NCBI GenBank assembly: GCA_051362555.1
Contig: CM120640.1
Location: 6,138,001-6,202,000 of the forward strand
Direction of reading: 5' to 3'
DNA length: 64,000 bases
From: Lingula anatina
Lineage: Eukaryota; Animalia; Brachiopoda
Part shown: positions 23,190 to 36,104 of the stretch, piece after piece
How the letters are laid out: each line of letters starts with the position of its first letter
Position numbering within the stretch: the first letter of the stretch is position 1
The notes under the pieces: model-generated
The model's input: only the letters and a program-made list of their open reading frames with translations
The model's database searches: none
Told to the model about the DNA's origin: nothing
Made by a program: the position numbers and the translations under genes

Positions 23190-23850
23190 TGCACGCAAAT
23201 ATTTTTATAAAACGTGATGATATGCTGACACCGTGACCGACATTAGAATTCATAAAGTAAATCACACAACAATTTTTCAGGCTATGCTCTTTGCCTTTAG
23301 CATTAAGGTAGCTGGAAGGTTTAATAAAGTCAACAATCCAAAGTACAACACAGCAATTGCTAATATATATTCTCTGAGCTCGGAGGTGAAGCAGACAGGC
23401 AAGTGCACTTTAACGAGAATCGTCTATCTAATTTACTTTAACGAAACAAGAGATTAAATTTTTAAAATTATTTTTTCTAGAATTCTACTTTTAATTTGAA
23501 TACTAATTAACTTCACCTACAAAGTACAAGGACACTTCTAGTTATATGGGTGCGTGCTTCATACGTTTCCATTCCGCTTATTAGCAAAAAGAAAATTAAA
23601 ACGTCCACGTTTGCATTTCGCTCAATATTAACTTTAAGAATTCTAGTGTAATGAATCATGGATAAAATTACACATTTGTTATTCTGTCCATGGATGAAAT
23701 AATCCTTTTCAAAAAATAATTAATTATGCAATTTTAACATTCTTATCTACGTGGGAATATCCGTTTCAGTCTGAGAATTCTTTATGAAGACGTCCATAGA
23801 TTTCATTGGCACTGGGAATGGATTGATGTCTGCGCGTATATTAGCAAAGA
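23190..23850 (+). pseudogene. MIF pseudogene, paralog of copy 1
   Basis: Upstream sequence matches 15480-15540. It is followed by the 3' part of exon 2 (SIKVAGRFNKVNNPKYNTAIAN, 1-nt deletion, GC donor) and exon 3 at 23770 with a 2-nt deletion. Exon 1 is missing. Confidence 0.85.
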
Positions 23851-24897
23851 CACTGGTCTTATTCCCATTACTTGATAGTGGCTCCCTTTGCACACACTGC
23901 CCCCACTTGCATATACTTTTATTGATAAAAATAGAGAAATTGTATCAATAAAAGTAGAACATCATAGGTTGTCAAACTCTTACTCTAACTGCACGTTTAT
24001 TTCAAAGATTTGTCATACTGAACTGTTGCAATCTACTCAGAACAATTTCTCAAACAGTTTCATTACATTGGGATACTTATTTCGTTGGGATACTTATTTC
24101 GTTTTCCATGCCTAAATACATCATACATCATGGAAATAATTAGTATTATCACATCAGTGTGGTGTTGTCAAAATGTCAATGTAAAGTAGATTAATAATGA
24201 TGATAATCACTAACTTGGATTGGGAAATACTCCTATTATTCTGGTGTCTTGCAGTCATGTGCCAAGATTTTATCTACCTCAAACTCACATTGGTCTAAAA
24301 TTGCAATCATTTTTACAGACAATGACAACGGCTTGCTATCGTATCGGCAACCGTAATAATATAACACAATTCACTTTTCAGTCTATTACGAAGAACAAAT
24401 CTTGTTTCCAACAGCACTTTGATAATGTTATCTCAATAATCATGTGTAAGTACGTACAACCGTGCCACCGCTATACTCTCTTGTCGCCGAAAAGTGATAA
24501 AAACTACCGACTTAATCACAGAAATAGCTAAACAATTTTAGCGGCTGATTGTTATTTAACAAGTTTTAACTACTTCAAACAATCGTTATAACTTTCAACA
24601 TGGCATATCCTACGTTAGGCCTACTATATTAACTATCAGATAAATATATACAAGCAAAATGTTTTATGTCCAGATCACCGAGCGTTCCACAATTTCATTA
24701 CTATGCCGATACTGGAAGTCCATCGAATATTATGAAATCAAGTTTTGTTGCTCAGAAAGTGTACAAAACGTGCATAATTTTCACGATGGTGATAAAGATG
24801 CAGTTTAATCTAAAGTCCAATATTGCTATTTAAAGTAGCTAGCACCAATCCCTACATCTTGACTTCACCATCATTATGCCTCAAACAAAAGTCAAAT

Positions 24898-25965
24898 TCA
24901 GCAGGACCCTTGGCTTCTGCCCGAAAGCGCTGAAGGCAGAAAAATGACGACAAAAATTATCAGCAAAACTCCCGAAATCAAAGTTTTCATGAAATGATTC
25001 TTTTCGAGCTCTTCATTCAACACTTCAATCGTTTTCTTCATGTTAGTCTTTTCATACTCTGTCTTGCGCAATTCATCCTCCAGTTTTCCGATTTCAATTC
25101 GCGAACCCCCGTGTAGGCGTTTCTCTTCTCTTATCTCCGCCCTCTGCTCATCAACTTTCTTTTCCAGCTCAGCGTTTTTCAGCGTGAGACCAGTATTCTC
25201 TTTCATTGCTTTGTCGAGGTCGTTTTGGTATCGCTGTAATTTGAAAGCTTGATCCTTTATCATCCTATTGTAGGAACGGTTTTCAGTTTGACGAAGTTTT
25301 TGAATATTGAGGTACATGTCCGTCGCTTTGTTGACTTCTGCCTCAGCTGCAGCAAGCTCCCTCTGGGTTCTTATGTAAGTTATCTCTAGATCTGAATAGA
25401 GTTTCTCTTTTTCCGTGATTTTTTCAAGCAGTTTCCAGTCAACGAGAACCGTCCATCCCAAATGGCAAATCACTATGAACGCAAAAAGGGCGAAAACAAA
25501 TATGAAAGGCATCGGCATACCCATAAATTGAAGATGTTCGGCGGGGGCTGAAACCGCGTTTGCATCTCTTCTTTTTCTCTTTTGCCCTTTGAAAGCTTTC
25601 TTCTTCAGTTGGGCGTTCTGCTGATGAATTTTCCCATTTTCTCTCTTTAAATATTGCAGGTCTTCTTTTTCCTTGACAAGTAGGCTGTTCTCGACAACAA
25701 GGACTTCTTGCTGATCTGCCAGACGTTTGTTTTCTTCCCACTGAATGTTGTTAGTTTGGGTCAGTTGACTGATTTGAAGTTGCAGCCTAGCTATCAAAGA
25801 CGACATGTTTTTGATCATCCAGAGCAGCGCGATGGTAATGGTAGAACAGTCCTCGAGCTGCCCCTTGATGGCTTGCTTTTCATTCGACAAGCGTTCCGTT
25901 TCTTGGCGAAGTTCTAAACCTTCCCTACGCAAGCTGCTCTGGCGTTCAAATGTTGCCTGGGCCAT
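24898..25965 (-). CDS. Intronless coiled-coil protein with an internal and a C-terminal hydrophobic segment (about 355 aa), unknown function
   Basis: 379-codon ORF. Likely start is ACAACATGG at 25965, since the TATA at about 26060-26068 is too close to ATG 26037. E/K/Q/L-rich heptad-like stretches; TM-like PFIFVFALFAFIVICHLGWTVLV and TLISGVLLIIFVVIFLP. Confidence 0.8.
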   Translation of the reverse strand: MAQATFERQSSLRREGLELRQETERLSNEKQAIKGQLEDCSTITIALLWMIKNMSSLIARLQLQISQLTQTNNIQWEENKRLADQQEVLVVENSLLVKEKEDLQYLKRENGKIHQQNAQLKKKAFKGQKRKRRDANAVSAPAEHLQFMGMPMPFIFVFALFAFIVICHLGWTVLVDWKLLEKITEKEKLYSDLEITYIRTQRELAAAEAEVNKATDMYLNIQKLRQTENRSYNRMIKDQAFKLQRYQNDLDKAMKENTGLTLKNAELEKKVDEQRAEIREEKRLHGGSRIEIGKLEDELRKTEYEKTNMKKTIEVLNEELEKNHFMKTLISGVLLIIFVVIFLPSALSGRSQGSC

Positions 25966-26059
25966 GTTGTATTCAGGTTTATCCGAAATTCGAAAAAGAA
26001 CAGGGTAGATAAACTCGTAACTGCTGTCCCTCTGCATTCAAAAAGGAAAATTGTAGGGG

Positions 26060-26107
26060 TATATATAACGGTGGAAAGTTTTTGGGGAATTCCCTTCCAA
26101 ATTTCCC
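26060..26107 (-). promoter_or_regulatory. TATA box and NF-kB/Rel site upstream of the coiled-coil gene
   Basis: TATATATA at about 26060-26067; GGGGAATTCCC at 26084-26094; a further GGGAAATTT on the minus strand at about 26099-26107. Confidence 0.6.
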
Positions 26108-26491
26108 AAATGTTACCGCGCAGTTCCGTTGATGCACTCCAACACGTAGGCCTAAAAACACACTGAAAACACTTATCATATGCATTTAAAAATGAAAATT
26201 GAAAATGATTGAAATTATAAAGTCATTTTCAGAGTTTTTTTATTTATCAGGACGCAACATTTAACAGTGCTTTAAATTTCATCTCAGTGTGTAGTCGGCC
26301 AAGTAAATTATCTTTGACCTGCTGCTAATGCTGCCGGTCATGTGTACGTACCATGCCCGACCTTGACCTTGACCGGCGAACGACTGATCGTTGTGTCACC
26401 AGTCGTGCTTGTTGCTTACATGCTACGGCTGCTCAACAGCAAAATATTGACATTATACAGACGTTCGTTCCATACTTCCAGCAGTCTCACG

Positions 26492-27441
26492 ATGCCACTG
26501 TGTAGATTAGAAACCAATCTGTCCAATGAACAGATTCCAGAGGACTTCCCCATTAAACTGACCGAGATGCTTTCAAAGTTAATGGACAAGCCGAAAAATG
26601 TAAGAATAGTCACCGAGTGATAAACAATATAAATACTGTGAACTGTGTAGGAACGCTTTATAAAGTGGACTTTATCCCACTGGGGAGGGAGGGGTGTGCG
26701 ATTCGTTTAACATGATCATGGAAAATACACATGCCAGTTCTTTCGAACTTACTACGTATGAGTATTTCTGGTACCGTACATGTTGGAGGGGGTGGAGACA
26801 TACTAGTGTATTTGTGCCCTGGCTGCTCGTGGCTATTTTTTTACTTACCCACTTTAAGGTCCTATAGTTTTTCATGTTTTGTAAAATGAAATGATGCTTT
26901 ATCTTAATAAAATATCTGTACTACCCAGTAGTGCAGTAGCTCAATGGCGACTTTTTTTCATTCCAGCGAATTCTTGTCGTAATGCAGCCTAATATGACAA
27001 TTTACCACGACTGCAAGCAACTCCCGTTTGCCATACTTAACATCAAATCGGTGGCAAGGTTCAACCCAGAAAACAATAAAAAGTACTTTCCAGAAATTGT
27101 TAAGTTTCTTCTCGCTGAACTCAAGGTTGAGCCAGAAAAGTAAGTACATGGGACACTCCAGAGTAATAATACAGACAGCAGCACAATAGAAACACAAGAC
27201 ATTTCACACAAATGTTGATAACAACACTTGTATAAATGGAAAAGGGTTAACACCCGTCTAGATGTGAATTTATTGTAAAAGATAAATTAACAACATGTAT
27301 ATCTGAATATATTTGTAAGTAGGAAAAATGGCAGGTGTTACGATAAGACTCGTTTAAAATTTCAGGCTTGAGATCCTGTTGGAAGACATCTCCCCAGACT
27401 TTGTAGGCACTGGGGAAGGACTGCTGTCTCAAACCATGTAA
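26492..27441 (+). CDS. MIF family protein, copy 3 (118 aa)
   Basis: Exons 26492-26599, 26967-27139, 27366-27441 in frame; close paralog of copy 2. Confidence 0.92.
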
Positions 27442-27564
27442 CTCGTGAAGACAACATTCTGTAGTGATAAAATGATGGACTAAACATCAAAAAAGTATGC
27501 AATTTCCATTTGGCTTTTGGGCTGTTGGCAGCATTATAAAATAAAAGTTGTTGATTTTTTTAAG

Positions 27565-27640
27565 GCTTGAAATTGCATTTGAAGATGAAAATCCTGATTT
27601 TGTTGGCAGTGGTAAAGGACTGTTGTCAGAGTTGATATAA
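27565..27640 (+). CDS. Possible alternative last exon of MIF copy 3
   Basis: T-tract plus AAG acceptor, then 76 nt in the same phase as exon 3: (K)LEIAFEDENPDFVGSGKGLLSELI*. Confidence 0.55.
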
Positions 27641-28811
27641 CCCATCAAGTTAACAGAGGGAGGCCTTGGATGAAGAAAACACAAGTTTCTTCGCTAATTG
27701 GTGTTCAGTTTTTAGTTAAGTTTTCATTAATGATAGATCACATATTTGATTAACTTGTTGACTGTGTCTGTTCTCTCAGACAGACTTGGTCACAATTGAA
27801 TTACCTGTTTAGGTAAAGAGGTAATTACATTAATCTTTATGATGACCTGTTAATCCCTCTTAAAACCTTTAAGTACAAGTGTTTCCTGTCACTAAATTTT
27901 GACAAGTGAAAAGTCACATCACTGATACTCTGGGCTATGCATTTTTCATGCAGTATAAGTTTTTAACAATACAATTCCTTAACAGCTGTATGTGATTGAT
28001 TGTCATGTAGTTCACTTTGAACTGAACTTTAGTTGTGCAATGATGCTATTTGGACCAATGTTACCACATTTGGTGTTGACATTAGAATGATGTTTGTTCT
28101 TCACCTCATTATTAAACTGTTATTCATCTAACAGATTAATCTCTTATGCACAAAAAGTTAAAATTTATTAAAAAGCAACATTTATTTTTATATATATCAT
28201 ATGCATCTGTACATGGAAGTAAATAAATTAAAATGGAATAAAATCTGTGATGCATAATTATGTAAAATGTACAAGTATACAAACAATGAATAAAATTATT
28301 AACAAATTGCATTATCTTTCAATATGATAGTTCCAAGTTGCACTCTTCTTTGTGCTATATAAAACTTTTCCACAGCTTTAACGGGTTTATATTCCCATCA
28401 AGATTATCTTGATCTGCACCACCAGCCTGAGCTGGGTAACCAAAGTAGTTATGAATGCCACCTGCACTGATATATCAATATGACAAATGATGCCCATGCT
28501 GGAATGTGTCACCAGCATGCACTGGGTCAGTAAGGTGCCCATCATCAGTAAGTCTCACTTGAATGAATGCAGTCAACCCTGGTGATCTATGTATTACACA
28601 TGTCAACAGTTTGATGATATATCATCTAGAACTATCCTGGGGGCCACCAGTTTTGGTGTTCTGTGACCACTGGGGCCTCCGTGTCCTCCACCTCAGGCCT
28701 TAGCATGTGCCACCTTAATCAATGGCAATTGTAACTTCTCTGTCCAGTTTAATGAAATAAGTTACAAAATGTACTGTTGATATAGCTAATGACATCTGAC
28801 AAGGATGGTTT

Positions 28812-31800
28812 TTATTGGAGAATGGATATGAGGGCATCAAAAAACTTGCTTTTGTCCTCCGTTTTCATCTGCATAACTGAAAAATAAAGAATGGTCATCT
28901 TATAACAAACATCAATTACTAATGAATGATTTAAGTTGTGTGAAAAAAGTACAATTTAAAAAAAAAGCAGGTTCTTTCAATAATATGATGTATACTTTAC
29001 CTGGTTCATCGAAACTGTCTTGAAGAGTTCTTGCATTTGTTCCAACTGCTGCCTGTTCAAATGCCTTGCCAAAGAAACTATAAAAAACAACGATAAATAC
29101 ATTATTTGCATTCAAAGTTACTGAAGATGACATTACACCTCAAAATCACAAACAAACATTACTCGAGTTCACTTGTTCTTCACGATAGTATTACAAAACA
29201 TATCAGTTTGCTCATTGTAAAATAGAGGAACTGCACAACTCACTTTTTCCCCACATCCTTGCTGCTGAAGGGTGGTATCCCCACAATAAGCATAGTCCCG
29301 CTTGCTACATCTAATGGAGCACCCAAGATAAGAGGCAGAGTCTTAGCTTTTCTACTTTTACTCTGAAAAGAGATTGCAAATGAGAATTCAGACCAACATG
29401 ATAAATACATACTATAATTTTTATAGATGACCGATGACCATTTGTAAAAACTGTTGTTATTAATGCAATTACATTTTTATTCAAAAGATTTATTGGTATT
29501 CAAGTTATTAAAGCAAAGCTCTATTGTTAAACATGAAAATGGGAAGGGTAGAAGAGTTACCACTGCACAGTAGGCCTCCAGTGTGAACATGGCCAAAGTT
29601 TGGAGACAGATTGGCTTGGAGAAAAACTTGGCATCAGGGGTACCCTGAGGAAAAATAATTGAGCAATTTTGAGTAACTGTATACCTCATCAAAACATGTC
29701 ATATATTAAGGCATAGATCAGGGTCATTAAATTGCTATTCTGCTTTTACACTTAATATTTTAAGAAACAAGAAAATAAGTTGACATTTTTTTTTTACATT
29801 GGGACCATATTGTTTAAATTACAGGAAGCTTGCAAACATAATTTAAAATTCAAAATAGTTTTTATAGCATAAAATTATTGGTAGAGCTTTTCACATTTTA
29901 CTACCAAAGATATGCTTAACTTCAATATATCAACTACACAGACCCTTAACTGAATTCTTATTACCTCCTGAATAAAAGCATAAAGAAATGGTCCAGCTGA
30001 AATAACTTGATTCATATCCAGGAAAGACTGCACTTGTTTGACTATTGCTGTGATCTGCTTCTTGGCTAGATTCAGTCCTTTTTCCATGTACTGAACATTG
30101 GACCTAACATGAGAAAATAACCTTGTAGATATGGTAGATTTCCACACACTGGCAGAAGGCTTATGAATATGCATATAAAATTAATTGTGTAAAGAATAAA
30201 AAGAAAAATTAATTCTTGACAATGATAGTCATGACAAGGACAAAGCATCTAGCCTAAGTAATTTCAATCCACTAATTCATAAGTTTACTCAAATCAGAAA
30301 CCTAGGTAAATATGAAATACAAGTAAAGGTAAACTTGAGGCATCATTTAAACCAAACAAATTTGCCTTAGCAAAAGATGTATAAAAAGATATTTTCTCTA
30401 TTCCACAGTCCACTTGATGCCTACCTGTTCAGAGCATCTAAAGCATCAAGGAATGTATCTGAGGCACTCTTGTCTTTGTCCTGAAAAGTAACATTATTTA
30501 CAGATTACTACAATGATAACTATGTGTTTTCTTAATTCTGGCTCTTTTATTATGAATAAATGAAACTTTTAAATAATGAGAAATTTCTAAGCAAATAATA
30601 AGAGGCCATTAGAGTGTGTACTTCTGGCCCCCGTTTCACAAAGAATCTTAAATCCGTAGCCGACTAGCTTGAGCTGGGTGGCCTAGCTAGGTCGACTTAG
30701 CTGAAGTCGACTAGGAGTGTTTCACAAAGAATCTAACGTCTTAGCTTGGCGTGCTTACCGTAGTCAACGCGCACGAGAAACTCTTCAAGAAAAGGAGGTG
30801 TAAAATTGCAAAAGTTTCACAAGACATGACGTTTCATGGCCTCTTTCGGCCGAGAACAATCGTTTATCAACAATAAAAGTCAGCCAAAACACAAACAAAG
30901 TTTGTTTTTGAACTTTACTGATTAGTTTAACTTCAATACAACTTCAAAGTAACAGTTAAACATTAGCTTGTCGTGGAACACTACTGAGGGACGTCTAGCG
31001 GTCAAAAACATAAACAAACACGCGATTGGCTGGGTAAAGTGGAATTTTATTTTTTATTTTAATATTCCATAAATGTCAGTGCTATTCAAGGATATTATAA
31101 AACAATATCTTGAAGGAGGTATGTTCTTTCCAAATTTTTGTTGTTTATGCTCTCATTTACCGAGTTTTAGTTGAGCTTGCCGACTTAAGTCTCCTCCCGA
31201 GGAGGCTTGACATCGTCGACTTACAGCTAAGAAAAAAACGACGTAAGCGACCTTTTAGTTTCTTTGTGAAACGGGACTTAGTGACGTAATGACTTAATTA
31301 CGTTGGTAACCAAGCCCTAAGTCAGGGAAACCGACTTAAGTTTTTTTGTGAAACGGGGGCCTGGGCTTGAGGCATGCTGATATAAGCCTCACCAATTTGA
31401 TGATTAAAATTGTACAACCCGTTACATTTTTTTTGTTAGCTTGTATATCTGCCTGCATCACCATATAAAATACTTTTTCCCCCTTTTCTTTTTTTAAACT
31501 TACAATGGCCTCTAGTAAGGCAGTGGCAGCATAGACAACATCTGTGGCAGAATACTTGCTCTTGTAGCCATACTGAGCTTGAAATGCTGGCTGGAAAATT
31601 TCTCTAGCTTCAATGCTAAAAAACACAAAAGCTGTATCAGTCACAAAGACAACTAATACTTAAATTTAGTAAGCATTTCACATAAAATAATCAAAAACTA
31701 ATTTTTTTCCAACTTGCTATGTATTCAGAAGTCTCAAGAGTATCAGACTTGTATCATAATAACCAAAGATGCATCACTAAGTCTAAAATGAGTAGCAACC

Positions 31801-34800
31801 TAAACAGCCCTTTTGTTGATACAATGGCAATGCAACTTTCCCCTTAATGTAAATACTTGCATTATATTAAGTTTTCTTACCCATATTTTTCAATTTTTTG
31901 TTCAATGATTGACTTGAGATCTTCCTTAAGATGAACATCCATAGCTGTGTATTTCTGCCTGCACTGGACAAGGGGTAAACTAAAAAAACAGGCATTATTA
32001 AGGATATCATTACAACACATTATGTGACATGAACACAACTTCGATTAACTTTCATGTCTAGTGCAACCTTAGAATTATTCCTCCCCAAGATCTTCCTTCC
32101 AAAAAAGAAATGAAGAAAAAAGTCATCATTTGCTCACCCTACGTCCGCCAAGAACTCATGCAGCCTTTTCTTTCCTTTCATTGTCCAAACCTTAAACCTG
32201 CATGCTGTCAGGGCCGAGTGACAGAAACTCTCAAACAGTGACCAATGCCTGTATAGTGTCAGCTGTAACTCGGGCTCAAAGGCTATCTTCAGGCAGTCCA
32301 CTGATATTGTATTTTCTTCATCTTCAGCTCTGAGACAAATACAATTGTGAAAACAACATTAAAGTTTCTTTCAATGGAAAAATAGAGAAGAACAAAAAAT
32401 GATACAACTTCTAAATGCAAACAAAACAATTAAGCCAATAATAAATGAATACACAGTATCAAGTTTTGTGTTAGTGCCACCATGATATCTTAGACTGGGT
32501 TACCATACCTAGATCGATCTATCTCCGAGGGGTTTCTCACTAAATTGCTTTCAGCTTAAGCAGCTTAGATGTCTGGTCCGCTTACTAAAGCAGCTAAATG
32601 ATAATTACCCCCTAGTGGCTTCAGTAGGCTTGAAAGACATCTAACCTGCTTAAGCTGATTGCAATTTGGCGAGAATCCCTTCGGAGATGGATTGATCCCC
32701 AGTTAGTACTATACGGTCTGGGAATGGTCCCTTAGTGCTTACCTGTGGTTGTGTCTGGAGACATGCATCTGTAAATCTGATACCATTTCAATGTACTTTT
32801 CTCTGTCTATCTTCCCATGGGCATACTGGTCTGTCACCCCCACACACGCCAGCCTACAATGTCCAATGTTTACAGCAATTCTAGGTTTCAGTTAGTAAAA
32901 ACATTGTGATTGTTTTAAATAGATGTTCTGTTAAACATACTACAGCAATTTTTGTTCCTGTTTCACTTTTTCTTTCTTTTTTTTTTAACATAGGTGTATT
33001 GAAATTTTATTTTCCTAAAACTTACCACACTAAGTCATTTGTATCTTTTGACATTTTCCACGCAAGCTCAAACATTGTTTTTGAAACCTGGAATGGAATG
33101 TATGCGATCAATCACTCAACCTCTCTATATCTATTTCTCTAATTGCTTTTAAAATATTTTGTGGCTGTCACTTGTGGTATGCATTTATGCCATATTACAG
33201 AATTCCTTAATTGCAACATATTAAAAATGTTTTAAAACTTTAAACTTTCTTGTTCTTGCTCAAACTCAAGGTGGACATAATAATAGGGACATATTGCCTT
33301 GTTATATTCCTTTATTATATAAGCTGCAACACAGAGGGTTCAATTTTTTTTAATAACAACTTAAATGGAACACTATAAATGGGAAAAAAATGTCCACTCA
33401 CGGATGTTCCATATTTTGAAAACTGCGTATACTCAAAAAGTATTTGTTTTCTGAAATATAAAAAAAGAGACATTTTCAGCTCTAGATTCAATTACAAATT
33501 CAAACAGTTATCTTTCTATGTGCAGCCAGTAGTCCTATGTCTGCAGAAGGATAATGTGTGAGATAAAATATGATACAGATTAAATTTAATAACAAATAAT
33601 AATAACTGTCAGTGCATGTTGGGACAACAATCTGGAAAAAAAAAGACAAAACTTGTGAAAAAAATCTTTATAAATACTGACTTTTTCTCCTCCCAAAGCC
33701 TCCGTTCTCGCCTTTTCTCCAGTGCAGCCTCATCAAACCTACGCCTTTTTCCAGAAGGTTCTGATGTGTCGCTCTCATTGCCTGAATCTTCATCACCAGA
33801 CTAGAGGGAAAAAAATGATATCCTTGCACTTGCATTGTTCCAGTTAATAAACAGAAAGATTTTAAAAATTTATACCATGAAAATATTTGATACCAATTAT
33901 CTTACAATGATGAAAGGAACTAAGACCCAATTCCCATACCTAGATCGATCTGACAGAATTCTCACTGTATTGCATTCAGATTAAGCGTCTCAGATGTCTG
34001 GCACGCCTACTGAAGCTGCTGAACAATAGTTAATTACCCCCTTACAGCTTCAGTAGGCATACCATACAGAGCTGCTTAAGCTGAATTTTATTTAGCAAGA
34101 AACCCTTTGGAGATGCATCTATCATGTTAGATTGATCTAGGTATGGGAACAGGGTCTCACAGTTGAGTACTTTACCCCTATAATTTTATATTCCCCATAC
34201 ACAAATACCCAAGCTGATAACCTACCTCATCCTCTCTGAACACTTCATCAAAGTCTGGGATATCATGAAGATCATCATCTGCTTGGTTCATAAGAAGTTT
34301 TACTTGCACTTGATTAAAAACATTAGTCACATCAATGGGACGGTGGCTAAAATAATAATATGGGACAGTGTACACAAACTTCACAAAGAGAAGCTCAAAT
34401 CATAATATATTTTAAAGAAGGGTGGATTAATATACTTAACATATATGAAAATTTAAAAAAAAAATTTTGAGATACCAAATTTTGGACAAAAATGTGTAGC
34501 ATCACATATGCTTTAGAGATACTCCTAATCTTAAATTAAACAACTAGTAAAACTCTCTCTATGCACATTTCTATATCTCTTACACAGTAAGATGTACTGT
34601 AGTGTAAGCAATGTCCATACCTGTCACTAATGTAAAAAACAGTTCCATTTTCTGGCTGCAGAGTTTCCACAACATCTATATTACCACCACAGCCTATCAT
34701 AACCACATGCTTAATCTGTAAGAAAACATCAGGCTTAACCTAATCAAATTAAAATGTTATGGCAGCACTCACAAACAAAATATTTGGTGAGTTATGAAAA

Positions 34801-35739
34801 GGGTGTTAAGGCTATCATAAGTTGGAAAGCTTTTTTGGCACAAAATACTAGATTTTTGCAAAAATTGATATATACTAGGTATGTTGCACTCACCCCTTCA
34901 GAATTTTCAACATATGCATTTTCCAATTCCTGTTTTCCTGAGACTGGGACTATAGTATACAGCACATGATCACATTGGAATAAATACTGTAAACAAAACA
35001 TCAGATTGAATCTATTTTTCATACCAATTTGTAAATATTACAGAACAAATACTAGTACATGCTTAAACCTTAAAGTAATACAATTCAAGATGAAGTTGAT
35101 GGTATTTATTTCACTTATCTAAAAATTCCTCGATTCTAGAAAATATAAAGAGTGCAATATGCATATCTTTCTGGCAAAGTAATTCATGACTCACCTGAAG
35201 TATCTTACACGCACATAAGGCATCAACATCAAAGGAAACCAGCACCAAAACTCTCTGAAACGATAATGTTAATGGGAGATCAGAATATTGTTCATATGTT
35301 CATGTTCATCATAGGCCAGGCAAAAAATATAAGTTCTTTCTTAAGCAAAGCAAAAATGCAATAAATATATAACAAACATGTAAAAAGTTAAACTCAGAAC
35401 CATGATACTGACACTCAACACTGTCTAAACACTACATACTACTTGACTTCAGACAAACTCTGCAGTTGTCTGAGTTGGTTATCTGTAACTAACCATATAA
35501 GTCTAATAAAACCCAACCTGGGGCATATAGCTGAGTCTGACATTGTCCACTTCTAGCACATACGTTATACACTAGAGTGAATTATTGCATACAGTGACAG
35601 CGCTGTAGCTTTTACGTTTTACGAAATCTGAACGTTAAATTGATGTTGATTTTAATGACTATATTTCAGAGTCAATAAGCCATACCTGATGTTGAATCTT
35701 TTCATAAAATTCTTTCCTTAAATCTTTTACAAAAACCAT
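28812..35739 (-). CDS. CDC45: Cell division control protein 45 homolog (multi-exon)
   Basis: Starts [18 protein letters not shown], then [68 protein letters not shown]; ends [15 protein letters not shown]. These match the known CDC45 sequence. Not every exon boundary was traced. Confidence 0.96.
30627..31360. mobile_element. Non-autonomous Harbinger-like element in a CDC45 intron
   Basis: Perfect TIR GCCCCCGTTTCAC / GTGAAACGGGGGC with CTG on both flanks. Confidence 0.85.
32490..32730. mobile_element. GATCGATC-family MITE in a CDC45 intron
   Basis: CCATACCTAGATCGATC...TGGGAATGGTCCC, with internal palindromes. Confidence 0.75.
33923..34157. mobile_element. GATCGATC-family MITE in a CDC45 intron
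   Basis: TIRs AGACCCAATTCCCATACCTAGATC / GATCTAGGTATGGGAACAGGGTCT. Confidence 0.8.
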
Positions 35740-36104
35740 AACGAAGTTGTGAAATTTAAACGATGAGATCTCTGTTTCGAGTGCTTTGATTCTGGCGCGA
35801 TATACTAGGAACGTACTGAATAATTCAAAATCTCTGATTTGTCGATAAAGAATGAATTGCTCACATTCTTATTATTCTTTTGATATCTTGTGAGTAAATG
35901 AATCTTGAAATGAATATATACGTTTACTGGAATATATATTTTACATTTAATCGTTAAAACAACTGTAATAAAATGTGATACTGTCATGAGACGGAAAATC
36001 ACCTAAATATGCTATCTGGTGCGGAATAGTCTCGTAAAAATTCAAAACTTCCGGCCGGTGACAAGGCAGATGTTATACGAAGATTATCAAACCCATTATA
36101 CGCA
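35740..36104. promoter_or_regulatory. Bidirectional promoter between CDC45 and UFD1
   Basis: Only 365 nt between the divergent ATGs. E2F-like TCTGGCGCGA at 35791-35800 and ETS-like ACTTCCGG at about 36047. Confidence 0.75.

Noticed and set aside
25966-26037. Longer N-terminus of the coiled-coil protein from ATG 26037
   Set aside because: That ATG is only about 25 nt from the TATA box, around the expected transcription start; ATG 25965 has better context.
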